Shown: piece after piece, positions 1-9,114 of the stretch
How positions within the stretch are numbered: position 1 is the first letter of the stretch
Layout: the number at the start of each line of letters is the position of its first letter
From: Fibrobacterota bacterium
GTDB taxonomy: Bacteria; Fibrobacterota; Fibrobacteria; UBA11236
Assembly: GCA_019509785.1 (NCBI GenBank)
Contig: JAEKLQ010000027.1
Span: 25,755-89,754, forward strand
Direction: 5' to 3'
DNA: 64,000 nucleotides
Made by a program: the position numbers and the translations under genes
The notes under the pieces: model-generated
Seen by the model: the letters and a program-made list of their open reading frames with translations, nothing else
Told to the model about the DNA's origin: nothing
Database searches by the model: none

Positions 1-2343
1 CGCCTTGAGGAAAGCCAGGCCGGCGGTGGAATCGTCGTTGGCTACGGCCGGATCGAGGGCCAACAGGGCTTCCCATTCCCGGGCCGAAGATCCGTACTCG
101 CCGTTCAGGTAAAGCGCGTGGGCGAACTTATGCCGTTCGCCCTTGTCCGGCTGGTTGCGGGCGATCAAGCGGAACACGTCCACGTTGGCCTTGAGGGCCG
201 CGTCTTCTTCGATGAGGCCGGCGAAAGCGCGCGCATAGGACACATTGGTCGTTTCCAGATGATAGGCCTTCTCCAAGGAGACGTCCGCGCCTTCCCGCCC
301 GAGCTTGGCCTGGCTCATGCCCAGGCGATACCAGAACTTGGCGTCGTTGGCGAAGGATCCCGTAAGCTTGCCCAGGGTTTCCGCCGCTTGGGACCATTTA
401 CCCTGGTCGAAAAAGAAATACCCCATTTTCAGTTCATAGCCCGCCTGGTTGGCCGGTTCCAGGCGCGCCTGGTTGTCCAGCACGGCGAAATACAGATCGC
501 CGTCCTTGGCCTTGGCGGCCAGGGGTTCGACGAATTGGAGCCCGCGCTTGTCGTCGGGATGTTGCTTGGTCCATTCCTTTCCGTGGGCCAGGGCCGCGGC
601 GGTGTCCTTGGCGGCCAAATCCAGCTCGGCCAATCGCAAGTACCATTGATCGTTATACGCTTCGGACGCGATCAGATCCTGGATGGCCGCGCGCATGCGG
701 GCGGACGGCACGTTGAGGGCATCGAGCGCGGAAACGCGAATGCGTAGCACTTCCTCATCCTTGGGGTCCTTCGCCATGTAGGCGTCGGCCAGGCGCGCGG
801 CGTCCGCATTGTCCTTCACGGCGTACAGGTCCAGGATGGGTTGGCGATGGCCTTCGATGAGCTTGGCGTCCATGCGCAGCACGCGCGCATAGGCCTCAGC
901 CGCCTTTTCCTTGTTCTTGAACAGCGAATAGCCGCGTCCGACCAGGAGCAGGGCCTGGGGGGTGGGGCCGGGGCGCTGGACCAGCTTTTGTAGCAAGGAA
1001 AAATGCTTGAGGATCTGGGCGTCCGTGGTCGCCACCTGGGGCAAGAGATCGGCGTATTCCTCCTTGTCGCCCGAATTCTGCAGGGCCTTCTGCAAGTACT
1101 TGTAGGCGTTCTCGCGATCGCCCGTTCCCAGGAAGATTTTCGCCAATTGGAATTGGAAGGCATGATCGCGCGGGTTCTTCCGCTCGTTCTCCACCATGGC
1201 CGAAAGCCAGGGTCCCGGCTGCGGCCGGCCGGCCGCCAGGGCCAGCATGCGGGCCTTGGCCTCCGGCTGGGTCGGATTGAGGTCCAGTACCGCCTTATAC
1301 ATCTCCAGCGCGAGGTCGGGATGTTTCAGCTCTTCGTGCAAGCGGGCCATGGCCAGGGGATAGGCGGCGTCCTTGGGCGCCAGCGTCCGGCAGGTTTCGT
1401 AGTAGAGCAAGGCCTTATCCTTGTCCGGCTTGGACAACAGCTCGGCCAAATGCCGGTTGAACTTCAGATCGGAAGCGAAACGCCCCGCGACCTGCAGGTA
1501 GATGGCGATGGCCTTGGGAATCTCGCCGCGGGACTCGAACATGGCGCCCAACCCGCGCGCGGCCGCGAAGTCCTCCGGCATCAGCTTCAGGTATTGCTGC
1601 CGCAGCTCCACCGCCTTCGCGCTGCTCTCCCCGTACAAGCCGGAAAGCTCCAGGACCACCTTGGCTTCATCGGGGCCGCCCTTGTCCTTCACGGCCAGCT
1701 TCTCGAGGACGGGAAGCAGCTTTTCCTTCTGCAAGGGATGCCGATAGTAATCCGCCAGGAAATCGAGGCCCGCGTCGGAGCCGGCATTGCGGGCCCGGAA
1801 GCTTTCCCATTCCTTGAGCGCCTCCGCCCGGGAGCCGCCATACGAGAGCGCGATGCAGAATTTCTCCCAGTCCGCCTGGGCGGAACGGACGTCGCGCATC
1901 TGCGCGAACCAGGCCAGAGCCTTACGGTATTCCTGGAGCTCGAAGTGGGACAAGGCGAGCAGGCGGATGGCCTGCGGGGAAGGCTTGCGCAGCTTGAGCA
2001 GGGCGCGCCGCGCCTCGGCGAAGCGTCCCGCACGGTAATGAAGTATTGCCGCCGCCTCCTGCCAGGCTTCTTGCCCGGGCTTACGCGCCAGGCGGTTTTC
2101 CAATTCCACCACGAAGCCCGCCGTGTCGACGCCGATGAAGTCGCCTTTCAGGATCTTGCCCACGGTGGCTTCCACCATGCCGTCCTGATTTATCTCGCCG
2201 GACGATGATGGTGTGGTTTTGGCTTTCGCGCCCGCCGCTTGGACGGGTCGCGCCCCCGATCCGGCCAAGGCCGCGGCGATGGCGAGGATCAGCATGCTCC
2301 CGCGCAGGGAGGATTCATTGTGGAGGAGTGGGGACTGCTTCAT
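1..2343 (-). CDS. Large exported TPR-repeat protein (3' end runs off the window start)
   Basis: Translated by hand from ATG at 2343: MKQSPLLHNESSLRGSMLILAIAAALAGSG..., then helical TPR-like repeats (e.g. ILHYRAGRFAEARRALLKL, LALSHFELQEYRKALAWF). It is absent from the ORF track, presumably because there is no stop inside the window. A sigma70-like promoter lies upstream. Confidence 0.8.
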   Translation of the reverse strand, partial: MKQSPLLHNESSLRGSMLILAIAAALAGSGARPVQAAGAKAKTTPSSSGEINQDGMVEATVGKILKGDFIGVDTAGFVVELENRLARKPGQEAWQEAAAILHYRAGRFAEARRALLKLRKPSPQAIRLLALSHFELQEYRKALAWFAQMRDVRSAQADWEKFCIALSYGGSRAEALKEWESFRARNAGSDAGLDFLADYYRHPLQKEKLLPVLEKLAVKDKGGPDEAKVVLELSGLYGESSAKAVELRQQYLKLMPEDFAAARGLGAMFESRGEIPKAIAIYLQVAGRFASDLKFNRHLAELLSKPDKDKALLYYETCRTLAPKDAAYPLAMARLHEELKHPDLALEMYKAVLDLNPTQPEAKARMLALAAGRPQPGPWLSAMVENERKNPRDHAFQFQLAKIFLGTGDRENAYKYLQKALQNSGDKEEYADLLPQVATTDAQILKHFSLLQKLVQRPGPTPQALLLVGRGYSLFKNKEKAAEAYARVLRMDAKLIEGHRQPILDLYAVKDNADAARLADAYMAKDPKDEEVLRIRVSALDALNVPSARMRAAIQDLIASEAYNDQWYLRLAELDLAAKDTAAALAHGKEWTKQHPDDKRGLQFVEPLAAKAKDGDLYFAVLDNQARLEPANQAGYELKMGYFFFDQGKWSQAAETLGKLTGSFANDAKFWYRLGMSQAKLGREGADVSLEKAYHLETTNVSYARAFAGLIEEDAALKANVDVFRLIARNQPDKGERHKFAHALYLNGEYGSSAREWEALLALDPAVANDDSTAGLAFLKA

Positions 2344-2403
2344 GACGGACTACCTCGAATTGCGGTAAAAACACACGGAACTGGCCTGGAGGAAGGCTTT
2401 CCC

Positions 2404-2431
2404 ATTATGGCACCGGAGGCTCGGATGTCAA
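2404..2431 (-). promoter_or_regulatory. Sigma70-type promoter for the TPR gene
   Basis: Minus strand: TTGACA (2431-2426), 16-bp spacer ending in TGc, CATAAT (2409-2404). Confidence 0.55.
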
Positions 2432-2496
2432 GTTCAGGGGCGGAGTTAACCAGTGCCAGACCCGGCAAGGCGATTGGTTTTTTTGAGCGTGGTTTC

Positions 2497-2526
2497 TTGT
2501 TTTATCAGAAAGCAGCGTCCTATAAT
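2497..2526 (+). promoter_or_regulatory. Sigma70-type promoter for the small ORF at 2542
   Basis: TTGTTT (2497-2502), 18-bp spacer, perfect TATAAT (2521-2526). Confidence 0.45.
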
Positions 2527-2541
2527 GATGGCAGGAATAGC

Positions 2542-2784
2542 ATGGAAACCGTTTTCGACCACGAGCCCTCTCCCGAAGAATTGAAATACCTGTTCCTATC
2601 GGGCCGGTCCCCGGAAGATCATTTGGCCGCCATCGTGGATCAGGAAAGCGAATACGGGAATATTTACGCCCTGTACATGATCCGCGGGAACCGGGAAAAG
2701 GCCTTGGAATACCTCAATCGGATCCGGAATCCGAAAGAGCGGTTCCATCGCAAGCCGCCCGAATCCGGCTCCTTGGGCCCTTAG
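2542..2784 (+). CDS. Small hypothetical helical protein (80 aa)
   Basis: METVFDHEPSPEELKYLF...YALYMIRGNREKALEYLNRI. AGGA upstream of the ATG and a TATAAT box just upstream; fills an intergenic gap. Confidence 0.6.
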   Translation: METVFDHEPSPEELKYLFLSGRSPEDHLAAIVDQESEYGNIYALYMIRGNREKALEYLNRIRNPKERFHRKPPESGSLGP

Positions 2785-2877
2785 CGTTTTTGGTTTGGGT
2801 CCTAGGGAATTATCAGGCTTGCGCGTGACGCAGAGCACGTCGAAATCCCGACCCACCTGGGAAAATATCCTTACAGT

Positions 2878-3657
2878 ATGCTCACCCTCATGGATACCCC
2901 TCCGTTCCTGGAGGAGATGGAAAAGAAGGCCAAGCAATTAGGCCAGTCCCTCGCGGCCTCGCTCCAGGGAAAAGGCCAGGTCCGCGTCTTGACTCGGGAC
3001 TCGGAATTGCTCACGGTCGCCCCGACTTCCCTGATCCGCATCGTCAAAGGCGTGTTCCGTTGCCAGCATGGCGAGAAAACCATCCGCCTGTATTCCAGCG
3101 GCGATCTGCTTTTGGCTCCCGGCTGCGGAGAAGCCGGCGGGCTTTCCATCACGAGCGAATTCGGATCCGAAGTGCAAGTGGTGGCGAAGGAAGACTTCCT
3201 GCTGGCCCTCTCATCCGATGCGGATTTGCTATCGGACTGGCTGGCTTACCAAGCCTTGGAAAGCCGCATCGTGCATCTGCTCTGCTCTCTCTACATCGCC
3301 GAGGATATCAAGCACGAACCGGAGATCCGCCAATACCAGGAAGGCGAGATCATCATCCGGGAGAACGATCGCCCGAACGAGGTCTACGAAATGCTGAGCG
3401 GTACGGCCTCGGTGACCGCGCGCGGCTTCAGCCTGGCCAAGATCAAACCCGGCGAAGTGTTCGGCGAACTGAGTTTCTTCACCGGCCTCAAGCGCACCGC
3501 CACCGTATTGGCCTTGGAGCCCTGCCTGGTCCAGGTGATCGATCAGCAGCAATTCCTGCGCATCATGAAATACCGCCCCGCCATGGTGGACGGGCTTATC
3601 CGCACGTTGTGCCATCGCTTGGTGGATCTGAACGTCAAGATCAGCACCCCGGGCTGA
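2878..3657 (+). CDS. Cyclic-nucleotide-binding domain protein (degenerate N-terminal plus canonical C-terminal cNMP domain, no HTH)
   Basis: GEIIIREND...GEVFGELSFFTGLKRTATVLALEPC is a cNMP-binding signature. Confidence 0.8.
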   Translation: MLTLMDTPPFLEEMEKKAKQLGQSLAASLQGKGQVRVLTRDSELLTVAPTSLIRIVKGVFRCQHGEKTIRLYSSGDLLLAPGCGEAGGLSITSEFGSEVQVVAKEDFLLALSSDADLLSDWLAYQALESRIVHLLCSLYIAEDIKHEPEIRQYQEGEIIIRENDRPNEVYEMLSGTASVTARGFSLAKIKPGEVFGELSFFTGLKRTATVLALEPCLVQVIDQQQFLRIMKYRPAMVDGLIRTLCHRLVDLNVKISTPG

Positions 3658-3662
3658 TCCGA

Positions 3663-6479
3663 TCAGCGTATATTCGCCAGTTTCCCCTCCAAGGATTCCG
3701 CTTCCCCGTTTCCGCCCTTCGGAGCCACCGTGAGCCGGTAGAACGCCACGCCCTTGTCCCGCGGACGGACTCGCAGGTCCAGCGCCCCCGCGGCCGCCAG
3801 GCGATCCACCGATGCCGATGTCCGGCCCGATATCCCGAACAGTTCCAAGCGAACGCGCGCCGGGCGGGCGAACTCCACGCGGAACAGGGCGCTGCCATCG
3901 GGCCCCAACGCGGCCCTGGGACGGGAGGAGAGGAGCGGTCCATCCGGGCGCGGGAGCGTCCCAACCGGTGATTCGGAGTCGACCCACAGGCCGTTGCCGA
4001 AGAGTCCCGCATACAGGCGGCCATCGGCCACGGCGAGGGCGGTCATATCGTCCTTGGGCATGCCCGCCACGGTGGGCTGCCAATCCGAGGCCGACGCCGG
4101 CCAATAGGAGACCCCGGACCCTGAGGCTGCGGCCACCGTCTGGCCGTCCCCGGCGACGAAATCATGGGGCCCCGATCCCGGGAGTTTCACGGCGGACCAA
4201 AGTCCTCCCGGCAGGGGAAAGGAGTAGGACCCTTCGCCATCGCAGGCGTAGACGGCATTGGCGCCCCGCGCCAGGCTCCAGGCGTCCTCCTGGTCGTTCG
4301 GCTTTCCCATCCCGCTCCATCCTTTCGCTCCTGCGGTATCGATGGATTGCACTACTCCGAACCCGTTCGCCACGCTCAGATACAGGGATTGGAACCCCGC
4401 GGCCATTCCCAGATGCCGTCCGTACAATTGGTATTCCCCGGGAGGTTGCGACGGGAAGCCTAAAGCCCAGGATTTCCCGGAGTCGGAGGAAGACCACAGT
4501 CCCGCCTCCCACGAGTCGGCGAAGAAACGGCCCTGGCGATAGGCCAGGGAACGGACCGTTGGCGGGCCCGCCGGGATGGCGGACCAATGCGCTCCCCAAT
4601 CGGGGCTGCGGAAGAGGCCCTGGCGGGTGGCGAGCACCAGGTTCGAACCCGAGGCCGCGATCGCCTTCAGGCCCGTCGAATACAACCCCGCTCCGGGGGC
4701 CTCGGTCCAGGCGGCCCCGTCGCGGGTGCTCCACAGCCCTCGTTCCGTGGCCGCATATAAACGCCCGCCCAGCGTATCGAGCGCGAAGACCTTGGCTTCG
4801 CCCTTCCCGAACACCGGCTTGCCCCAATTCGTCCCGGCATCGGAAGAGGCGTACAGGCTATCCCCCGTGATCGCGAAGACGGTTTTCCCGAAACCGACCA
4901 GGGCCGTGAACGCGGGACGCGCCAAGAGGGAAGGGGCCCAGGTCTGCCCTTGGTCCCGGGAGGCGAGCAGATTGACGCTATCGGTCTTGAAGATCGAGTT
5001 CCCGATCTGCGCCTGCAGGTGGAAGCCCTCCTGGGTCAGGAAAACCGAATCCGGTTCCCACGTGCGTCCCTCGTCCCGGGAAAACCAATATCGTTGGTAT
5101 AGGTATTCGTAGCCGGCGAGGACGTACTTTCCCGACGCGAACAGATGATCGGGATAGGGTCCGGTCGAGGCGGCCCAGGGCCCGCGCAGCGTTTGCCAGG
5201 TCTTCATCCCGTCGCGGGAGACCAGCAGGGTGTCCTGGGAATAGGGACCGCCGTCGCCGCGGATTTCGAACGCGGCCGTGGACGAGAAGGCGAGAATGCC
5301 GCGGTTGTCTTCGTTCCAGGGCGACCAAGTCCGCCCGGTGTCGTCGGAGAAGGACCAGTGGCCGGCTTGATCGCTGCCCAAGGCGAAGATCCGGTTCCCG
5401 TGGACTACGAAATTGCCGGCCCCGGCAAGACCTTCATCCGAATGCGTCCAGTGGGCGCCCAAATCGGTGGAACGGTACAAGACGCCTCCCGGGCCTGAGC
5501 CCCGGGCGAACAATATATTCCCAATGGCGAAGACCGAATCCACGTAATAGCCGGTGCCTGTCCCGGGAGTAGCCGTATAGGAGGGGAGCCCTTCGTTCCG
5601 CGCTTGCCAAGTCTTGCCCGTATCCGTGGACATGTAGACGCCCGCGGAGCGGACGATCCCGCCCCAGCTGCCGCTGGTGAACAAGGTCTTGCCCACGACC
5701 GCCACGCCGCTGGCCCGGAAGTAACCCAATTGCGGGTCGTCCGGGACCCCGCGCGGGAGATCTTCCGCGGTTTTCTCATCCCACATTACCAGACCCTCCG
5801 GGCCCTCCGACCAGAGGCGTCCCAATTTCCGGTCGATCCAGCCAGGAATGCTATTACCGGTGCGGTCGTAAAAACGCGAACCGACTCCCCAAGTCCGGCC
5901 CGAATCATACGAACTGGCACAGGCATTCCATCCGCAGGCATAGAGCAGCGAACCGTCCTGGAAAAGGGAGTTCGCATCCATCCCCAATCCGTAATCGTCC
6001 TGGAAGAAGGGCGGCGGCGTCCTCCAGGTGGCCCCTTTATCTTCGGAGAGACGCGGCACTCCGTCGGCGGCGCCCGCCATGATCCGCTTCGCATCGCCCT
6101 TGAGCCGCTCGATCGATCCCATATCCCGGTTCAGCCTTTTCCAGTTGGACCCATTGTCGCAGGTGGAAAAAAGGCCGGTGGCCGCGGTCGCATACAGGCA
6201 ACCGGCGGCGGAAAACAGGCGTCCGCCGGTGCCCGGGAAACGTGCATCGCGGGGAAAGCCCGGCGGCCGAGTCGAAGACCAGGTTTTGCCCGAATCCAGG
6301 GACCGGAACATCCCCTCGGGGGTCGTCGCCCAGAGGGCGCCGCCATGGGCGGCGATGGACCAGATGGGATCGTGGGAGGAAGAATCCAGCGGCGGAAGCG
6401 GGAGGGCTTTCCAATCCGCATGGCAACCCAGCATGCCGGCAAGAATCACGGCGGCGATACGATCGGTTGATGTTCCCAT
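3663..6479 (-). CDS. Secreted BNR/Asp-box repeat beta-propeller protein with Por/T9SS-like C-terminal tail
   Basis: More than 12 SxDxGxTW Asp boxes (SLDSGKTW, SEDKGATW, STDTGKTW, SRDEGRTW...), N-terminal signal (LGC), C-terminal VRLELFGISGR tail. Confidence 0.85.
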   Translation of the reverse strand: MGTSTDRIAAVILAGMLGCHADWKALPLPPLDSSSHDPIWSIAAHGGALWATTPEGMFRSLDSGKTWSSTRPPGFPRDARFPGTGGRLFSAAGCLYATAATGLFSTCDNGSNWKRLNRDMGSIERLKGDAKRIMAGAADGVPRLSEDKGATWRTPPPFFQDDYGLGMDANSLFQDGSLLYACGWNACASSYDSGRTWGVGSRFYDRTGNSIPGWIDRKLGRLWSEGPEGLVMWDEKTAEDLPRGVPDDPQLGYFRASGVAVVGKTLFTSGSWGGIVRSAGVYMSTDTGKTWQARNEGLPSYTATPGTGTGYYVDSVFAIGNILFARGSGPGGVLYRSTDLGAHWTHSDEGLAGAGNFVVHGNRIFALGSDQAGHWSFSDDTGRTWSPWNEDNRGILAFSSTAAFEIRGDGGPYSQDTLLVSRDGMKTWQTLRGPWAASTGPYPDHLFASGKYVLAGYEYLYQRYWFSRDEGRTWEPDSVFLTQEGFHLQAQIGNSIFKTDSVNLLASRDQGQTWAPSLLARPAFTALVGFGKTVFAITGDSLYASSDAGTNWGKPVFGKGEAKVFALDTLGGRLYAATERGLWSTRDGAAWTEAPGAGLYSTGLKAIAASGSNLVLATRQGLFRSPDWGAHWSAIPAGPPTVRSLAYRQGRFFADSWEAGLWSSSDSGKSWALGFPSQPPGEYQLYGRHLGMAAGFQSLYLSVANGFGVVQSIDTAGAKGWSGMGKPNDQEDAWSLARGANAVYACDGEGSYSFPLPGGLWSAVKLPGSGPHDFVAGDGQTVAAASGSGVSYWPASASDWQPTVAGMPKDDMTALAVADGRLYAGLFGNGLWVDSESPVGTLPRPDGPLLSSRPRAALGPDGSALFRVEFARPARVRLELFGISGRTSASVDRLAAAGALDLRVRPRDKGVAFYRLTVAPKGGNGEAESLEGKLANIR

Positions 6480-6506
6480 TCGGCCTCCAAATCATCGTGT
6501 GATTCG

Positions 6507-6522
6507 AGCAATGCCTATGCCA
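6507..6522 (-). promoter_or_regulatory. Sigma-54 -24/-12 promoter motif upstream of the Asp-box protein
   Basis: Minus strand TGGCATAGGCATTGCT (GG-N10-GC), followed by a GGAGG SD and the ATG at 6479. Confidence 0.65.
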
Positions 6523-6730
6523 ATGATGATTGTAAGTAGAATCCGGGGGATTCCGCAGCGTAAGTCCCCATTAGATGCGGGACGATCAACAATTGCATCC
6601 CCTCGCCGATCATTCCGCAGACATCGGGCATCCCGAGGGAATCTGGGCCGGTGGGGAATGTCTGCTCCTGGCGTCGGATAGAGCCGCCTTGCCCTCTATG
6701 GGCGGGGCGACTCGGAGCGAAAGCGGGTTG

Positions 6731-8119
6731 TTAAGGAACCCTCTCGAACAAAACGCCCCGACCCTCCGCATCCCAGGTCACGTGGGCTTTCCGCCCTTCG
6801 CGATCCACGATGATCACGTCCAAGGCCTTCGCCTTCAACGTTCCGTCCAGGGTAAGGCTGGTGCCGTCGCGGTAGTCGATCGCCATCGACAGCGCCCCGT
6901 CTTCCGGAGGCGCGCCCGAGGGAATGGGCTTGGATGAGATGAAGCTGAATTCCGCCCGGCGTTCGTCGCCGCTCTTCTGCGTCGACACCGCGCGGATGGC
7001 GTAGACGGTATCGTCGAGCGGGCTATCGAAATCGGCACCCAGTTTCATGGTCAGGCGCACGTGGAGGGTGTCCAGCGAATCGGCGGCGGCCGTGCCCACC
7101 GTGGAGAAATGGGCGATGACGGTATCGCGCATGTCGAAATCCGGGGCGCCGTCCCGGGACAAGACTTCGCCGGTCGAAACGCGATGGGCCGGGTCTTCCA
7201 TTTCGAAGCGGACGCGCCGCACTTCCTTGGCGTCCACGTGGTAACGGACCACCATCCGCAAGAGGGCGCGCGTCCAGAGCGCATCGGGATGATCCGCGGA
7301 AGGTCCCTTCTGATACAAATCCAAATCCACCACCGAGGCTTTGCCGTTGTCTATGGCTACCCCGTCGCTGTCGGCATCGGCGTATGAAGCGAGCGCCAGG
7401 GTATCCGGGCCCTGCGTTTTCGTCCAGGACGCCGTGTAGGTCAGGTTGTCGGGCTCGGTGGAGAAATCGTTGTCCGGCCCCGGTCCCACCGTGAGCACGG
7501 TCTTTTCCAGAACGCCTTTGTCCAAGGCGGTCAATACCAGCGAGGCCCGGGAGGATCCGCCCGACACGGGATTGACTATCCCGTCGCCGTCGGCATCGGA
7601 GATTTCGGCCGTCTCGATGCGTCCGGAAACGAAAGTCGTGACGCTCTTGACGTGGATGATGGTCTCGTTGCCCTTGATGGTATCGAGCGCCTTCGCATCG
7701 AGGCAGACTTGTACGCTATCCTTGGTGTAAAGCTTTTCCGGCGCCAGTTTCGCGAGGGAGTCGGTCCAGGTGGCGACCAATCCGGTACACCCGGCCGCCG
7801 CTTTCGCCAGGGCATGCGCCGCCTCGAAGCCGTTCGCGGCTTCCTTGGCGACGGCCAGCTTCGCGGCCGCCACGATGAAGCCGCCGGCCGTTTGCAGGCT
7901 GTCGCCCAGGTCGGGCACGCCCAGGTCGCCCGACTTCTTGCCTTCGTCCAGGAATCCGCTTACGCGGGCGTAGACGCTGTTGGGGAATTCATCCACCCCG
8001 GCGTGCTTTTCGCCGCCGACGATGCAACCTAGGAGGCATAGGGCCGAGACGATGGCGGACAGGGCCGCTGCGCGGCGCGCCGGAGACGGGAAGCGATTGC
8101 CTGAGGATCGAGCGTCCAT
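6731..8119 (-). CDS. Lipoprotein, TIGR02147-associated type, with DxDxDG motifs
   Basis: Lipobox LLGC, AGVDEFPN motif, AKxAA linkers, DADGDG/DADSDG calcium-binding-like motifs; lies 4 bp downstream of the TIGR02147 gene. Confidence 0.75.
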   Translation of the reverse strand: MDARSSGNRFPSPARRAAALSAIVSALCLLGCIVGGEKHAGVDEFPNSVYARVSGFLDEGKKSGDLGVPDLGDSLQTAGGFIVAAAKLAVAKEAANGFEAAHALAKAAAGCTGLVATWTDSLAKLAPEKLYTKDSVQVCLDAKALDTIKGNETIIHVKSVTTFVSGRIETAEISDADGDGIVNPVSGGSSRASLVLTALDKGVLEKTVLTVGPGPDNDFSTEPDNLTYTASWTKTQGPDTLALASYADADSDGVAIDNGKASVVDLDLYQKGPSADHPDALWTRALLRMVVRYHVDAKEVRRVRFEMEDPAHRVSTGEVLSRDGAPDFDMRDTVIAHFSTVGTAAADSLDTLHVRLTMKLGADFDSPLDDTVYAIRAVSTQKSGDERRAEFSFISSKPIPSGAPPEDGALSMAIDYRDGTSLTLDGTLKAKALDVIIVDREGRKAHVTWDAEGRGVLFERVP

Positions 8120-8123
8120 GGCT

Positions 8124-8957
8124 TCAGGTCTCCTTCACGTGGCTGCGGGGGAAATGCTGGATGTTGAATTGCATGACGCGATCAGGCTTCTCTTCGCGCT
8201 TGGCCAAGGCGATGATCTCTTCGCGGAACTTCTCGATGCGGCGCTGGATTTCCTGGAAGGTCTCCTTGCCGACGGTGAGCAAGGCGGAGTAGATGTAGCG
8301 CTCTTCCTTGGGGAACATGAACAGCGCATCGGCGGCCTGGATCACCCATTCGCGGTTCAGGCGCTTGACCAGATCGCCCATGGAAGGCGCGGGCTCCTGG
8401 TTCTTGTTCGCGGGATGGTACCTTCCGTCCGGCGCTTGCGCCACCAATCCCCATTCGCAAAGGTCGCGCACGCATTTCTTCAAGGTGGCCACGGGAATGG
8501 TCGGCCGGATGAAATGGGCCAGGGCATCGTAATCGCCGCGGAAGTCGAAGACCTGGATGGCGGCGCGGACCAGCGGGTAATGGTAATCCTGGTAGTACTT
8601 GCTGTTGATCGGGTTGAGCCGCACGAAAGAAGAACGGTTGCGGCGGAACAACATCTGCCGATAGAGATCGTCGCGCTCTTGGGGATCCTTGCTCTGGCCG
8701 TAGGCGACCAAGAGCTTGAAGTATTCGGCTTCGCCGGCCTTGAGGCCGAAGGCGGCGGCCAGTTTGTCTTGGGCGGAGTCGCTTAAGGTGCGCCGGCCCT
8801 TGACCACATCGTTGAAGAAGCCGGGATTGCTGAAGCCGGCGTCGGCGGCCAGGCGCCTATGGGTGTACTTCCCGCCATCCTCGGCGGGCGCCTTCCGCTT
8901 TTCGGCGAAAGAGTCGGCGAGGAATTTCCGGTAATCCTCGTATCCGTAGACGTCCAT
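8124..8957 (-). CDS. TIGR02147 family (Fibrobacter paralogous family; HTH + DUF4423) putative regulator
   Basis: YEDYRKFLAD...YTHRRLAADAGFSNPGFFNDVVKGRRTLS...YFKLLV...VMQFNIQHFP pattern. Confidence 0.85.
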   Translation of the reverse strand: MDVYGYEDYRKFLADSFAEKRKAPAEDGGKYTHRRLAADAGFSNPGFFNDVVKGRRTLSDSAQDKLAAAFGLKAGEAEYFKLLVAYGQSKDPQERDDLYRQMLFRRNRSSFVRLNPINSKYYQDYHYPLVRAAIQVFDFRGDYDALAHFIRPTIPVATLKKCVRDLCEWGLVAQAPDGRYHPANKNQEPAPSMGDLVKRLNREWVIQAADALFMFPKEERYIYSALLTVGKETFQEIQRRIEKFREEIIALAKREEKPDRVMQFNIQHFPRSHVKET

Positions 8958-9114
8958 ATCCGCAGTATAGCCAAAACCCGGTAGGAAATGAAGTCGTTTT
9001 AGATTCAGGATTACAGAAAGTGGGATAATATTCCAAAAATAGAGGCAAAAACCCTCATAATTTGAGGAATTACTTAGGAAGAATGATTACGGAATGAGAG
9101 AGGGAAAGTCGGGT

